DNA of 64,000 bases. Source: Octopus sinensis (lineage: Eukaryota). The notes beneath the pieces are model-generated. The model made no database searches. It was not told the DNA's origin and saw only the letters and a list, made by a program, of their open reading frames with translations. The DNA lies in assembly GCF_006345805.1 (NCBI RefSeq), contig NC_043013.1, positions 56,792,001 through 56,856,000 on the forward strand. The letters are read 5' to 3'. A program made the position numbers and the translations under genes. Below are positions 38,389 to 50,715 of the stretch, piece after piece. The first letter of the stretch is position 1; each line of letters starts with the position of its first letter.

Positions 38389-41210
38389 CGATAATCAGAA
38401 TGATAGCAATAATGGCAATGATAAGAATAACGGTAATAACAATAATAGTGGTAGTAGTAGTGGTGGTGGTAACAGTAGAAGTAGTAATGATGGTAGTAGT
38501 GATAGTTGTGGTGGTAATAGTAATAACAGTAGTAGTGGTAATAATGTTAGTGGTAATGGTGGCAATAATAATAGTGAGGCTGATGATGGGAACAGTAACG
38601 ACAGAAATAGTAGTAACAATAATGAAGATAACCCTAGAAGGGCCATTAACATGTATACCCACCCCTTTGACACTCAATTCTTCAACATATGTGACAAATC
38701 TTATAACATGAGCCGGATTTATCCAACAACATTACCCTTCAACAAAAGGGTCTACATCCCAAGACATGCTAATGACCATATGGAAGCACAGTTCACTATA
38801 GCTAGGACCAAACTTAGACAGATTTTAGGACTATACACTAAGAGACAGAGACAGAATAAGACAGAGGCCCAACAACTCGGGATTAAACCTGCAATATCGC
38901 TAGCAACTGCAGAATCTCCTACTTCCTCTCAATGATCATACGCCCTATAATCCGGATGTCACCTGATGTTTGTGACAGCACAGAAGATCGCCTCAGCAGG
39001 ATCAATGACTGTGACAACACTTGCGACCTGACAGGATGTCTGGTGGGTAGCATGGATGTGGTATCGACGTAGATTTTGCGGTAGAAAAGTGCGTGGAAAT
39101 GATCAACGAGAGCAAGGTGGATTTCCGCAATGTCAACACAGAGGAACTGGGCCTCCTACTTAGACTGACTTATGACAACGAATACCTAGATAAACATAAT
39201 CTTAGTAGTTTCTGCCCCAGTAGACGTTTAAGAGGTAGACCACCCACAATTACTTCTGTGGCTAGGAAGACCCATACAGAGAGATGGAGCGGATGGACCA
39301 GAGCCATACGGAGCCCCGCAAATGTCCATCAGGTAAAGAAAATGATCGCACATGCACTAGGAGCTAGTATAAGAGTTACCCTAAAAGGCCACACGTTTAA
39401 CAATAAAATATATGCCAAGGACGAGGGGGCAGCCATCGGCATTAGTATCGCTGGGGATGTGGCCAACCTTTTCATGGTATGTTGGGACAGAAGGCTTAAA
39501 GAATGACTAACACAGAACTCCATACTCGTAAACATGTACTCTCGCTATGTTGATGATATCAACATAGTAGTAAAGGCACCCCCACAAGAGAGTAATGTTG
39601 ATATAGTAATAGAAACTAATACTATGGAGAGCATCCAGCAAATTGCTAAATCCATCTACCAGAGTATTAAGGTCACAATAGACTACCCCACTAAACACCC
39701 CAACCATAGACTACCAGTACTAGACACCGAACTCTGGCTAGAAATTGTGAATAATAAAACCCAAATCCTTCAATCGTACTATGCCAAACCTATGGTCTCA
39801 AAATACTTGATCCACTGGAACTCAGCCATTGCGGACAATGCCAAATTCAATATTTTGATGGCAGACCTCGTCAGAATAATGAGAAATGTGTCACGCATGT
39901 GCGAGCTTACAGAGTTAAAGAAACACATACAATATTTCATTCACCGCATGCAGTTCTCAGGTTACAGCCATAAAGAAAGGATCAGAGTATACAAAGGAGC
40001 CATGAAGTAATTTGATAATATATTATGTAATGATAGGAATGAGATTTGTCCACTCTATAGGAACAAGTCATGGAACACTATAGAAAGGACAAAAAAGAAA
40101 ATAGTGAAGGCCAACTCTTGGTATGATAGCCATAAATACCAGAGTGTCATGTTCGTTGACACCACCCCTGGAGGTGAACTGGCGTATCACTTTAGAAGGA
40201 CCCTAGACAAACTTAAGCTAAGGATTAAGGTTGTTGAAAAGCCAGGCAACCCTATCAAATCTATATTTGGTAGAACCTATCCTTTTAGTAGAACCCCCAG
40301 TACGGATAAGTACTGTACTGTATGTAGATTTAGCCCACAAACAAACTGTGAAGCCAGAAATGTAGTCTATAGTATAAGATGTATAGAGGGACGATGCAGT
40401 AACAAGACAACGACATACATAGGGGAAACAGCAAGAAGCATAGGAGAGCGGGTAAATGACATTGGAGAGAACACAAGGAAGGTAAAAGCTCATCGATTCT
40501 GTACCAACACGCCGAAATTAAAATATTGTCCAGACATAGAACAGATGCAACAATCAGACAAATTACAGAAGCTACGCACATAACAGAAAATAAACCTAGC
40601 CTGAATAGGAAACTAGAATGGAGCTCTAACACACACCACAACATATGACGGTAGAGGATCCCGAAAACATAATGAATACACAGATAAATAAACAAATAGA
40701 AATAAATAACTATATAAGTTTTTATTTATTTATTATTATTATTACTAGTATTGTTGCTATACATACATACATACATACATACAAGCATATGTAATGATAA
40801 TAATAAGTGGATGTAAACACATGAAGAAAATAAGAATAAACAAAAACAACAACAACAAAAACAAATTACATGAACATATATAAACAGAAGATACAAATAT
40901 TACAGGCATCCCCCCACCCCACACACACTAAATAAACATAGATGCACATAGAGATATAAGCATGTGCAAATGAAGACATACAATAGAAATACAAAATGGC
41001 TGATGGTTAGTAAGGAGAGACACAAATACGAAAGAAGAAAACAAAGGACCACTGATGCGGTCACAGGAGTGTGACGAAAGAACTCTGGCCGAAATAAAAA
41101 TAAGATTAATGTAAAAAATAAATAACACTGAAGCAAAGTAACACCAAATATATAGTGCGTGTGTTTTTATTGGCTAAACTGACAAAATGACCATTCCGAA
41201 ATACAACAAT
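38389..41210 (+). mobile_element. Penelope-like element (RT + GIY-YIG, probably Neptune-like), decayed
   Basis: GSMDVVS (motif A), GAAIGISIAGDVANLFM, YSRYVDDI, Cys-rich linker CTVC..C, NVVYSIRC..YIGETARSIGER endonuclease; 3' pLTR ~40571-41210. Confidence 0.9.
41046..41090 (+). ncRNA. Hammerhead-like motif in the pLTR (non-canonical position 9); second copy at 37876-37920 (-)
   Basis: GGACCA-CUGAUGC-G-GUCACA(GGAG)UGUGAC-GAAA-GAAC-UC/UGGCC. Confidence 0.55.
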
Positions 41211-41317
41211 GTCTGTTTCAACACACGACTTCACGTAAAAAATCTTGCACAAATATATAAATGTATATAAATATTTTTATGTACATAAATATATATATGT
41301 ATATATACATATATGAT

Positions 41318-41490
41318 CACTTCATCACTTTGACCGACCAGTCCGTCAGGCGTTCATTTGACACGCATGCTGTCCACTCCCCTCTGGATCGCGTCTTTCT
41401 CATCCACGTGATCCCAATCGTCCTCTTGAAATCGTCACTCCACCATCGTGGAGGTCTTCTGGGTGGTCTTTTCCGCTCACGCATACAATA
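41318..41490 (-). mobile_element. 3' fragment of a second RTE family
   Basis: Encodes RKRPPRRPPRWWSDDFKRTIGITWMRKTRSRGEW, a typical RTE C-terminus. Confidence 0.7.
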
Positions 41491-41503
41491 TATATATGTA
41501 TAT

Positions 41504-41610
<107 letters not shown>

Positions 41611-41618
41611 TATATATA

Positions 41619-42012
41619 GGCGCGGGAGTGGCTGTGTGGTAAGTAGCTTGCTAACCAACCACATGGTCCTGGGTTCAGTCCCACTGCGTGGCACCTTGGG
41701 CAAGTGTCTTATACTATAACCCCGGGCCGACCAATGCCTTGTGAGTGGATTTGGTAGACGGAAACTGAAAGAAACCCATCGTATATATGTATATATATAT
41801 ATGTATGTGTTTGTGTGTCTGTGTTTGTCCCCCTAGCATTGCTTGACAACCGATGCTGGTGTGTTTACTTCCCCATCACTTAGCGGTTCGGCAAAAGAGA
41901 CCGATAGAATAAGTACTGGGCTTACAAAGAATAAGTCCCGTAGTCGATTTGCTCGACTAAAGGCGGTGCTCCAGCATGGCCGCAGTCAAATGACTGAAAC
42001 AAGTAAATGAGT
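41619..42012 (+). mobile_element. tRNA-derived SINE (Octopus-type) with internal (TA)/(TG) linker
   Basis: A-box TGGCTGTGTGGT, B-box GGTTCAGTCCC, core GGCACCTTGGGCAAG..GGAAACTGAAAGAA, 3' half ending CCAGCATGGCCGCAGTCAAATGACTGAAAC. Confidence 0.85.
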
Positions 42013-43329
42013 AAAGAGTATATATATATATATACAATTGATGAATGTGTGTGTGTGTGTGTGTTTTGATAACTGTGGTGTTCCTCAGGTTCCAGCCAAT
42101 GACGTATCTCCTTCTCTCTTTTATTTTCCTGGGAAGATTTTTGCCAGATTTTTATATCACTGTTTGCCTTAATGACATTATTCAATGTTAACGTACTCGG
42201 ATGATGAGATTTGAAATTAAATTCATGATAATGTGATGGGGTGGACAAGCGTTCGGCCACCACCACCAACCGTTCCACCACCACCGTCACACCACCGCTG
42301 CTAATGACATCGAAGAAGTCAGAAAATAATATAGCTATCTAACAGTTTTCATAATTCCTTTCTCCAAAATTACATATTAATTCAAAGCAGTTATAAAAGC
42401 TCGAGAACTAATTACGTGTAGTAAAAGCATTCGATGTATTTATGTCGATTTTTGTACATATTTCTCAAAGATATTGAGGCATTACGAGAGTCAATTAGCA
42501 AATGAAATGTTAATGCAATACAGGAACATGATATTAGACAGCTTTTCGGAATATTATACTTTAGGTAGGTGCTTTTAATATTTATATATAGCTTTTTATA
42601 TTTATATATCACTGTTTTATTTTGTTGGATTACCGTTTTTGTTGTTGTTGTTGATGCTAGTCGCCAATTCAAAGTGAAGTCAGCAGACACACACTCACTG
42701 AATCAGATTATTGTAGTCGAGAACTGAATAATTAACGACAAAGTATTAAAGCTTCTTCCCTTACGAAAGAAGAGATTATGGCCAAAATGCATTTCTCAGC
42801 AGACAGCCACCGCTGCTGCTGCTGCTGCCACCTCCACTGCCACTATAGCAATGGAAATGGTGAATACGTATGACCGGTGCTTGTTTTTTGGGGCTGATGG
42901 TGGTGGGGAGTGCAACCCATGGTATTTAGTGGAGGAAACCATATTTGCAACCTGGATGCCAATACAGACCTGGGGTTAAATGCTCCCCTCCCCCACACGA
43001 CTAGATCTGCAAAATAAAGGTAAAAAATAACTTTTTACATTTTCTACCTTGTTATTACTGTCTGATTGGTGACATGATCTCACAGAAAGAGAGAGAAAGG
43101 TGAGAGAAGGGGAGAGACAGGCATACAGAGAGAGTAGCTTACAATTAATTATGGAAATACTTACCAGCTGCAGGCACCAGTTGTACTAATTTGCATATCA
43201 GTAAATTAGATTCATTAGAGGCAGTGGTGGGGGGGGGGTTAGTTAAGCAAACAACTGAAACTGTGTTTGTGTGTGTGTTATTTGTAATTTTTAGTAACTT
43301 TGTCTCTATGTCTGTCCCTATTTGTCTGT

Positions 43330-43813
43330 CTGTCTGTCTGTAGATATAATGAAATCAATACCAGCCACTCATGAAGTAATAGCCATCAGAGTGCCGGAAG
43401 ATGTGGTAGATCTGCAGGCATTCATTGGAAACACAGCTAGGGATCTCAGCTGTGTCCCTCTAAAAAGTGCTTCCCGCCTTGGCCGACCGGGATCCAAACC
43501 CAGGCTGATCAGGCTGACATTTATGGGCTTTACTGAGGCGCGGTCATTCCATCTGGCTGCTGATAGAGCTTGGCGTGACAACCTAATCAACTTTAGAATA
43601 CGTCCTGGCCTACCACCTGATGTACGCCCAAAGCTAAGATCTGTAGCTTCCCTAAATCGCAACTCTGTGCCACACGAGAGTTTTAGCCTCCGCAATGATG
43701 AGCAAATCTGGAAATTTTTCAAGTCTGGTGAGTCGTGGATAAAGGATGCCAGTTGGACTGAGCAGACTACACCCACAACAACAACTGGCAATACAAAAAT
43801 CTTGGGAAACTAA
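43330..43813 (+). CDS. LINE ORF1 C-terminal part (5'-truncated)
   Basis: RLGRPGSKPRLIRLTF..IRPGL motif typical of LINE ORF1; lies directly upstream of the APE-RT ORF. Confidence 0.7.
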
Positions 43814-46761
43814 CCAAGAACAATCAGCCATCCCCTGTATATCCTCGCCATCTGAAATCCAAATACAAACTGCTGTCCTTGAATGCCCGTAGTTCATGCA
43901 ACAAGGTACATCTTTTTGACTCCTACATCAAAAGTATCAACCCAGATTTCATCACAGTCATGGAAACATGGGCACACTCTGCACTCTGTGATGGAGTTTT
44001 CAGCATAGCCGGCTACAACCTGTTCCGCAAAGACCGCATTAATCGCCGTGGAGGGGGTGTGATGATTTATGTTCGATCAAGTCTATCGGCAATCCCCTGT
44101 GATGATTTGAACCAATCTCAGCAGGAAGTATTTTTCTGCAATATACACATGACCATGTCAACACTTCTGCTTGGAGTCGTTTACAGCCCCCCAAATTATC
44201 GTCAAGACACACAGCTTTTTGATATCCTCAGAGCTGCTGCCATGAAAACAGCCGCGTATGTTTATATTATGGGTGACTTCAATTTCCCTGAGATTGACTG
44301 GGAGGCCTTCCGTTGGCCGCAAAGTACAGACGATTTCCTTGAACTGGTGCTGAATTCAAATTGGTCCCAAGTCGTTACCTCCCCCACAAGGAGTAACAAC
44401 ACTTTGGATCTGCTACTTACCGCTTCTCCTGAAACAATCATTAGTGTCGCTACCGAAGAACCTTTGGGTGACTCTGATCATTCCATAATCATGGCCGACT
44501 TGTCTCTGATTGGTTGTAACAAAAAACACAACCATCTTCAGATTACCCGCTTTGACTGGAATAAAGCAGACTGGAGCTCTTATTGTACTGAGCTGCAACA
44601 CCCAAACTGGCTCAAATTTTATGCCTCTGGAGATCTGGAGACTATACTCCAGAACATTCTGAATTCAATATGGGCGGCATGTGCAGCATCAGTACGACGT
44701 AAACACAAAAAAACACCCAATAGTGCAATTTGGGAGACTGCAGCAGTCCGACTTGCCAGGAAAGAACGCCGTAATGCTGAACAGGAATACAAATTACACA
44801 AATCAGAGATCAACAGGAAAAAGCGCAATAGGTCAGCCAACCACCTCAAGCAGGTGACAAAAAAGGCAGTGCTTGAATTTGAACAATGCATTGCAACTAA
44901 CCCTGACAGCAAAGTGTTCTGGAAGTATGTGCACTCAAAGCAGAGACCCCACTCTCCAGTTGGTCCCCTTCGCAATCCCCACACAGGACAGATTACTGGC
45001 AATCCCGAAGAATGTGCAGAAACCATTGCTGGATGCTATGCCGGCATCTTTACTGTCGAAGACCAAAATGTTCCATCTTCATCACCACTGACATCGGACT
45101 CTATATTTACTATGCAATTTACACCAGCAATGCTACAACGCCACCTCAAGAATAAATGCAACTATGCCTCTCCTGGTCTCGATGGTGTTACATACCTACT
45201 TCTCAAACGCGGTGGGTACTCTCTTCTAAGCCAACTTTCTCTATTCTTCCAATTCTGTCTTGACAATGGTGTTACTCCAGAACAGTGGAAAACTGCCAGT
45301 GTTATCCCTCTGTTCAAAAAAGGTGACTGCACATCACCTGTCAACTATCGCCCCGTTAGTCTTACTAGCTGCATCGCCAAACTGATGGAATCCTGTATCA
45401 GAGAAACCCTCTGGAATTTCTGGAAGTCTCACAGCCTCATCCAGCCGTCACAATTTGGAGTTATTCCTAACTCCAGCTGCTGTAATCAACTCATCGAGTT
45501 TCTTGAGGACGTTACCCAAATCACTGATCGCAGATCCTGGGTGGATGTTGTTTACCTGGACTTTGCTAAGGCTTTTAACTCTGTGCCACACAAAAGACTT
45601 ATGGTGAAGCTCTCTGCGTTGGGCGTAAGAGACGAACTCTATAACTGGTTGAAGTCCTTTATTTTCGGCCGAAAAGAGGTTGTCACAGTTCTAGGACAGC
45701 ACTCTTCACCCTATGAGATGACATCTACTGTACCACAGCAGATTTGTTGCATATTTGTTGCATATGTTAATGGCATAGATGCCAACTTAAAGAATGCCAC
45801 AGTGCTGAAATATGCAGATGACATCAAGCTGTACCTCGAAATAAAGAGGCCAGATCCTGTACTCTATAGATCTCTATTGCAAGCAGACCTGGACACAATG
45901 CAGCAGTGGATCATGGACTGGCAACTCAAGCTGGCTGTGGACAAATGTACCACCATGGATTTTGGGATGAGAAACCCAGCGTCCACATACTCCCTCCACA
46001 ACACTAATCTCAAAAAGTCTTCATGTGAACGTGACCTGGGTGTTATTGTCGACAGTGATTTGCGTTGGACAAAACACATCGCTAAAATTGTCAAGATGTC
46101 TGAGGGTGTCTTGGCATCACTCACCAAATCCTTTGTGAGCCGCTCTCTGACTATCTATCAGCAGCTTTATATAGCTATGGTAAGACCTCACCTGGAATTT
46201 GCATCACCGGTCTGGAACCCCTATCTTGCGCAGGATATCAATCGTCTGGAAGCCGTTCAGCAACATGCAACCAAAAGAATACCCTCCATCAGGCATTTGC
46301 CATATTCTGAACGCCTTACTTCCCTGGGCATGGACACATTGAAACTCCGACGTCTGGCAGCTGACTTGGAAGACACCCATAAAATTATCAACCATTGTAA
46401 AAACAATAACTCTGAGCACCTTTTCAAACTCCACCCATCTAACACCCGTGGACATATTTACAAAGTCAAAAAACAGCACAGCTCCCATGACTTTAGGAAA
46501 CATTTTTTCATGCTGAGAGTTGCTGAAGTATGGAACAAACTGCTGGCATCAGTTGTCAGTTGTTGGAGCACTGCATCCTTCAAAGCTTCCATGCTTTCTG
46601 AGATTTGCCAACACTACACCTCATTTTTCTCCCCTCCATACACACACAAGCATGTATCTGACTCATGCATTGTTCGCTTTCCAGACATTTGTACATTACT
46701 GCATATACTCTATACGCACTTTCTGACAAGTTGTGGTGCACCTGAGCACTGTATACAATAA
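43814..46761 (+). CDS. CR1-like LINE ORF2 (AP endonuclease + RT), open but with a lesion in RT motif B
   Basis: LSLNARS, METW, GDFN, DLLL, SDH; NYRPVSL, LDFAKAFN, YADD; TRGH..RKHFF..WNKL. STVPQQICC replaces SGVPQGSVLGP. (ATT)n at 46765-46779. Confidence 0.92.
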
Positions 46762-46780
46762 TTTCATTATTATTATTATA

Positions 46781-46826
46781 ATTCTCCTGATGAGCTGGTA
46801 ATGACTTGGTGAAACTAGTCAAGATT
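46781..46826 (+). ncRNA. Hammerhead motif with canonical core and decayed stems
   Basis: AUUCUC-CUGAUGA-GCUGGUAAUGACUUGGU-GAAA-CUAG-UC/AAGAUU. Confidence 0.6.
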
Positions 46827-47940
46827 TTATTTGATTTATTTTGCAGAGAGAGCGAGGGAGGGAGGGAGGGAGAGAGAGAAAAAGAAAGGGAGGGAAAGAG
46901 AGAGATAGACAGAGGAATACTGGAAGAGAGAGGAGAAAGAGAGAGGGAGGGAAGGCGAAAGAGAAAAGAAAGGGAAGGAGGGAAAGAGAGAGCTAGAGAG
47001 AGAGAGAGAGGAAGTGAGAGATCTGTCCATATTTACTCACCCTCACCATCCCTTTTATTGCCTGTCATAACTCTCTTTATCATTATACATTCATCTTTTA
47101 GTCATTATTCACATCCATTAATCCCACTCTCCATCACTCATGTCTATTACCCTTGTTCCACTCACAGTATTTTCACTTCTACCATTCAGCATTCTCTGTC
47201 TGTCTGTCTGTCTGTCTCTCTCTCACATTATTCCCTCATCACAAATCCTCTCTCCACCAATCACATCACTCATTCACTCTCTCCTTCACATAAGGATGAA
47301 TCGGTAAAGTCGGCAGAGTGTCAGACAAAATGCTTCACAGCATTTGTTCTAATCCTCAACATCCAGAGTTCAAATATTGCTGAAGTCAGCTTTATTTCTC
47401 ATGGGTTCATAACACATAGATGCAGCCCCAGGGTGGGGAACCAGTGAGATTATAAGAACATCAGACAGGAAGCCTGGCTGTGTTTGTTCTGATTTATTGC
47501 ATTCCAAGTTGAAATCCCACCATGGCCTACACAGGTGAGAGATTTAATCGAGTGCCCTGTTTAGTTCTATCACCTGTCATCTTTGGTGCCTCAGGTGCAA
47601 TCTCTTCTGTCACAAATATTCTTGCCTGGTTTCTCTCCCTCCCTCCCACTTAGTAGTCTTGGAGGCCCTGCAGAAGGTCATGTGACACTGCCTTCTCTTT
47701 TGACTAAACAACAGACAAAATTCTCTGCTTGTCTTTCGTCAGTCCTCCTTTTTCCAATGAGAGTGGACAGAACTTGTGTGTCTTAGTAATTGGGCTGTTG
47801 AACTCGTGATAATAAGGCTGTGAGTTCAATTCCTGGATGGGCATTGCATTCTGTTCTTAAACAAGAAACTTCATTTCATATTGTTCCAGTCTATGCAACT
47901 GAAAAGGAGTACCAACTCAGTAAAGTACAGCTCTGTCCGC

Positions 47941-47979
<39 letters not shown>

Positions 47980-48949
47980 CACCTGCTTCGTCTTCAATAT
48001 TTTATTGCATTAATAGATGAGAGAATTAAGGTGTCAGTGTTTGTCTGCCACATCCCAGATGCTAAAAAACTCAATAAAACCCTGTTAATGTTTAATGAAA
48101 ACCTGTTGTATGCCATCAGGTTCAACATTGTTGTTGTAAGAGACAGTTAAGCTCAATTCTGTTGGTATGTAAGCATATAGATGCATCCATACATATATAC
48201 ACATGTGCACAAATATACACACCTGCACACATACACATACATATATTTATATGCATAATATAAATACCTGTGTGTGTATGTTTATGATTACACCTGTCTA
48301 AAAAGCAGTATTTTTGATATTGTGTCACTTCATATGCTATAACTTAGCAGATCGACAAACAGTGATTAATATAATAATTTTCAGACAGAAATAAGTACTG
48401 GAGTCAACATGATCAACAAAGTTCCTTAAATGTGGTGCCCCAGCATGGCCACACTATACCAGTTGTATAAAAAAACAGCAAGATGTGAAAGTTGAAAGAA
48501 GGTTGAGGAAGAAACAGTTGGAAACTGATGTGTGTCCTTCCCGCAGGAGTGATGGTCACTGGTCAAGAGTGTGATATTTCCAAATAGAAATCTAATCTCC
48601 ATAGAACATGTAAAAATCAATGGTAATGGTGATGATGATGATGATGATGATGATGACCGTGCCTACGTAGGTGTGTCTGTGTCTTTCTATATATTTAGAT
48701 ATGTAGAGAGAGTGAGATGCATGTATATATATATATGTGTGCGTGTGTATACACATATACATAATATACACATATATGTGTATATATATGCACACATGCA
48801 TAATTATCTCAACGTTTGTATGCATTTGCCTTTCTAGGTGTATATCTATACCTATTACGTTCTCTCTCTCTCTCTTCCTCTCTCCTTTCATACATATAAA
48901 CACAGGTACAAACACACACACGCCTACACATTTGCACGTATTATGCATA

Positions 48950-48998
<49 letters not shown>

Positions 48999-49639
48999 TG
49001 AAACATGTTTATGATGTAATTGCAAATTGATTGAGTTTCAAAGCCAAAAGTGTGAGAGAAATGGTGCTGTCTGGCAAGTAAGGTTACCAAGTGAGCAGAA
49101 AGTTCTGGGGGTGTGCAAAGGTTATATTTTATTGTGAAGCAGGGCAACTACGCAAACAGCAGTGTTTTCCCATGTGGTTCTTATATTGTTGCATGTCTGT
49201 TTACCAACAGATAAATACATCATTGCCCTTCCACAAATAAATGAATTGTCTTTGGTGGAATTTTCACCACAGATTGACCTCGAGGTGATGAAAAGGTCAC
49301 TGATATTATGACAATGAAATTAATCAAACCATAATTTGGCAATAATTCTTTAGAAACAAACATGTTTATACCAAAGTGCTTTGCGCTAGTGGCCCTTCTG
49401 GGATATGTTAATGATGTTATTGAACACATCACAAACTCACAGTTTCATTGCACCCAGAGGGAAACTATTTATGTTTATTATCGAAGACCAAAAGTGATAA
49501 AGCAAAAACTGTAATTCCTTGCTTATATCATGGAAATGGCAATTAACTATTTTCATATTGGAAATTATTATTAAAATTTGTTGTGTTTTGGAAGTCAAGA
49601 ATTACTCATTTTATTTATTCCTTCTTTTTTTATATATAG

Positions 49640-50052
49640 TTTTTTTTTACTTATTTCATTCATTAGACTATGGCCATGCTGGAGTGCCACCTCGAAGAAT
49701 TTTAGTCGAACAAATTGACGCTATTCCTTGTTAGTTTTTAAAGCCTGATGCTAATTCCATCAATCCCTTTCGCTAAGCCCCTAAGTTACAGGGATGTAAA
49801 TACACCAACACCGGTTTTCAAGTGGTATTGGGTTACAGAGACACATAGACGAACACACACACAAACACACATGCACACACACATATTTATATATATATGA
49901 CAGGTTTCTTTCAGTTTCCATCTACCAAATCCAATTACAATGCTTTGGCCAGCCTGGAGCTATAGTAGAAGATATTTTCAGTGTCACACAATGGGACTGA
50001 ACCTGGAACCATGTGGCTGGGAAGCAAACTTCTTACCACACAGCCACACCTC
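49640..50052 (-). mobile_element. tRNA-derived SINE (same family as 41619)
   Basis: Reverse complement shows GTGGCTGTGTGGTAAG..GGTTCAGTCCC head and CCAGCATGGCC tail. Confidence 0.8.
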
Positions 50053-50330
50053 TGTCTATTTCTATTTCTATTCATTTTTCGAAGAGTTCTCTTTCAATAT
50101 CCCAAAATCCATATTCCATCATGCATGGAAAATTGTCCGAGGATAATGAATCGAATAGATTTTTTATGTTTGCCCTACAGCGATTGATTTGTGGTTGAGT
50201 TGTTGACAGCACAGTCCTCAGGTTAATGCCTGGAACTGGCATCTGCCATGTTTCTTAGAAATCTCGCAGTATTGTGAAAACATGTAGTTGAAAATCTATT
50301 TTGCCATGAATTTCCCTGTAACATGGATAT

Positions 50331-50600
50331 CAATCATCATCATCCTCATTGTCGTTCTTATCGTCGTTGTCATCATCATCATCATCATCATCATCATTTA
50401 AAATCTGTTTTCCATGTTGGTATGGGCTGGATGGTTTAACAGGAGCTGGCAAGGCCAGGAGCCACACCAGGTTCCACTGACTGTTTTGGTTTGGTTTCTA
50501 TGGCTGGAAACCCTTCCAAATGCCAACCACTTTAAAGAGTGCATTGGTGTTTTTTATGTGGCATCAGCACCAGCAGGGGTCACCAAGCACCTTGCAAGAG
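50331..50600 (-). mobile_element. Diverged RTE 3'UTR fragment with (GAT)n tail
   Basis: CCTTCC.AATGCCAACCAC and TTTTTATGTGGCA motifs. Confidence 0.65.
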
Positions 50601-50715
50601 AAAACCTTCTTGACTGGGAGGTGGGGCAGTAGTGTTGAGGGAGTGTGGCCATATGCCAGTTGAGAGATTAAAGGGATAGAGGGACAGAGATAGTTTTTTG
50701 CTTTAGAGTAAGGTA

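Noticed and set aside
41166-41210. Second pLTR motif CUGACAA..CCGAAAUA
   Set aside because: C3/A8 mismatch, stem II does not close next to GAAA, and the putative cleavage region differs between the two copies
41619-41700. tRNA gene
   Set aside because: A and B boxes are present but there is no cloverleaf, and it continues into a SINE body
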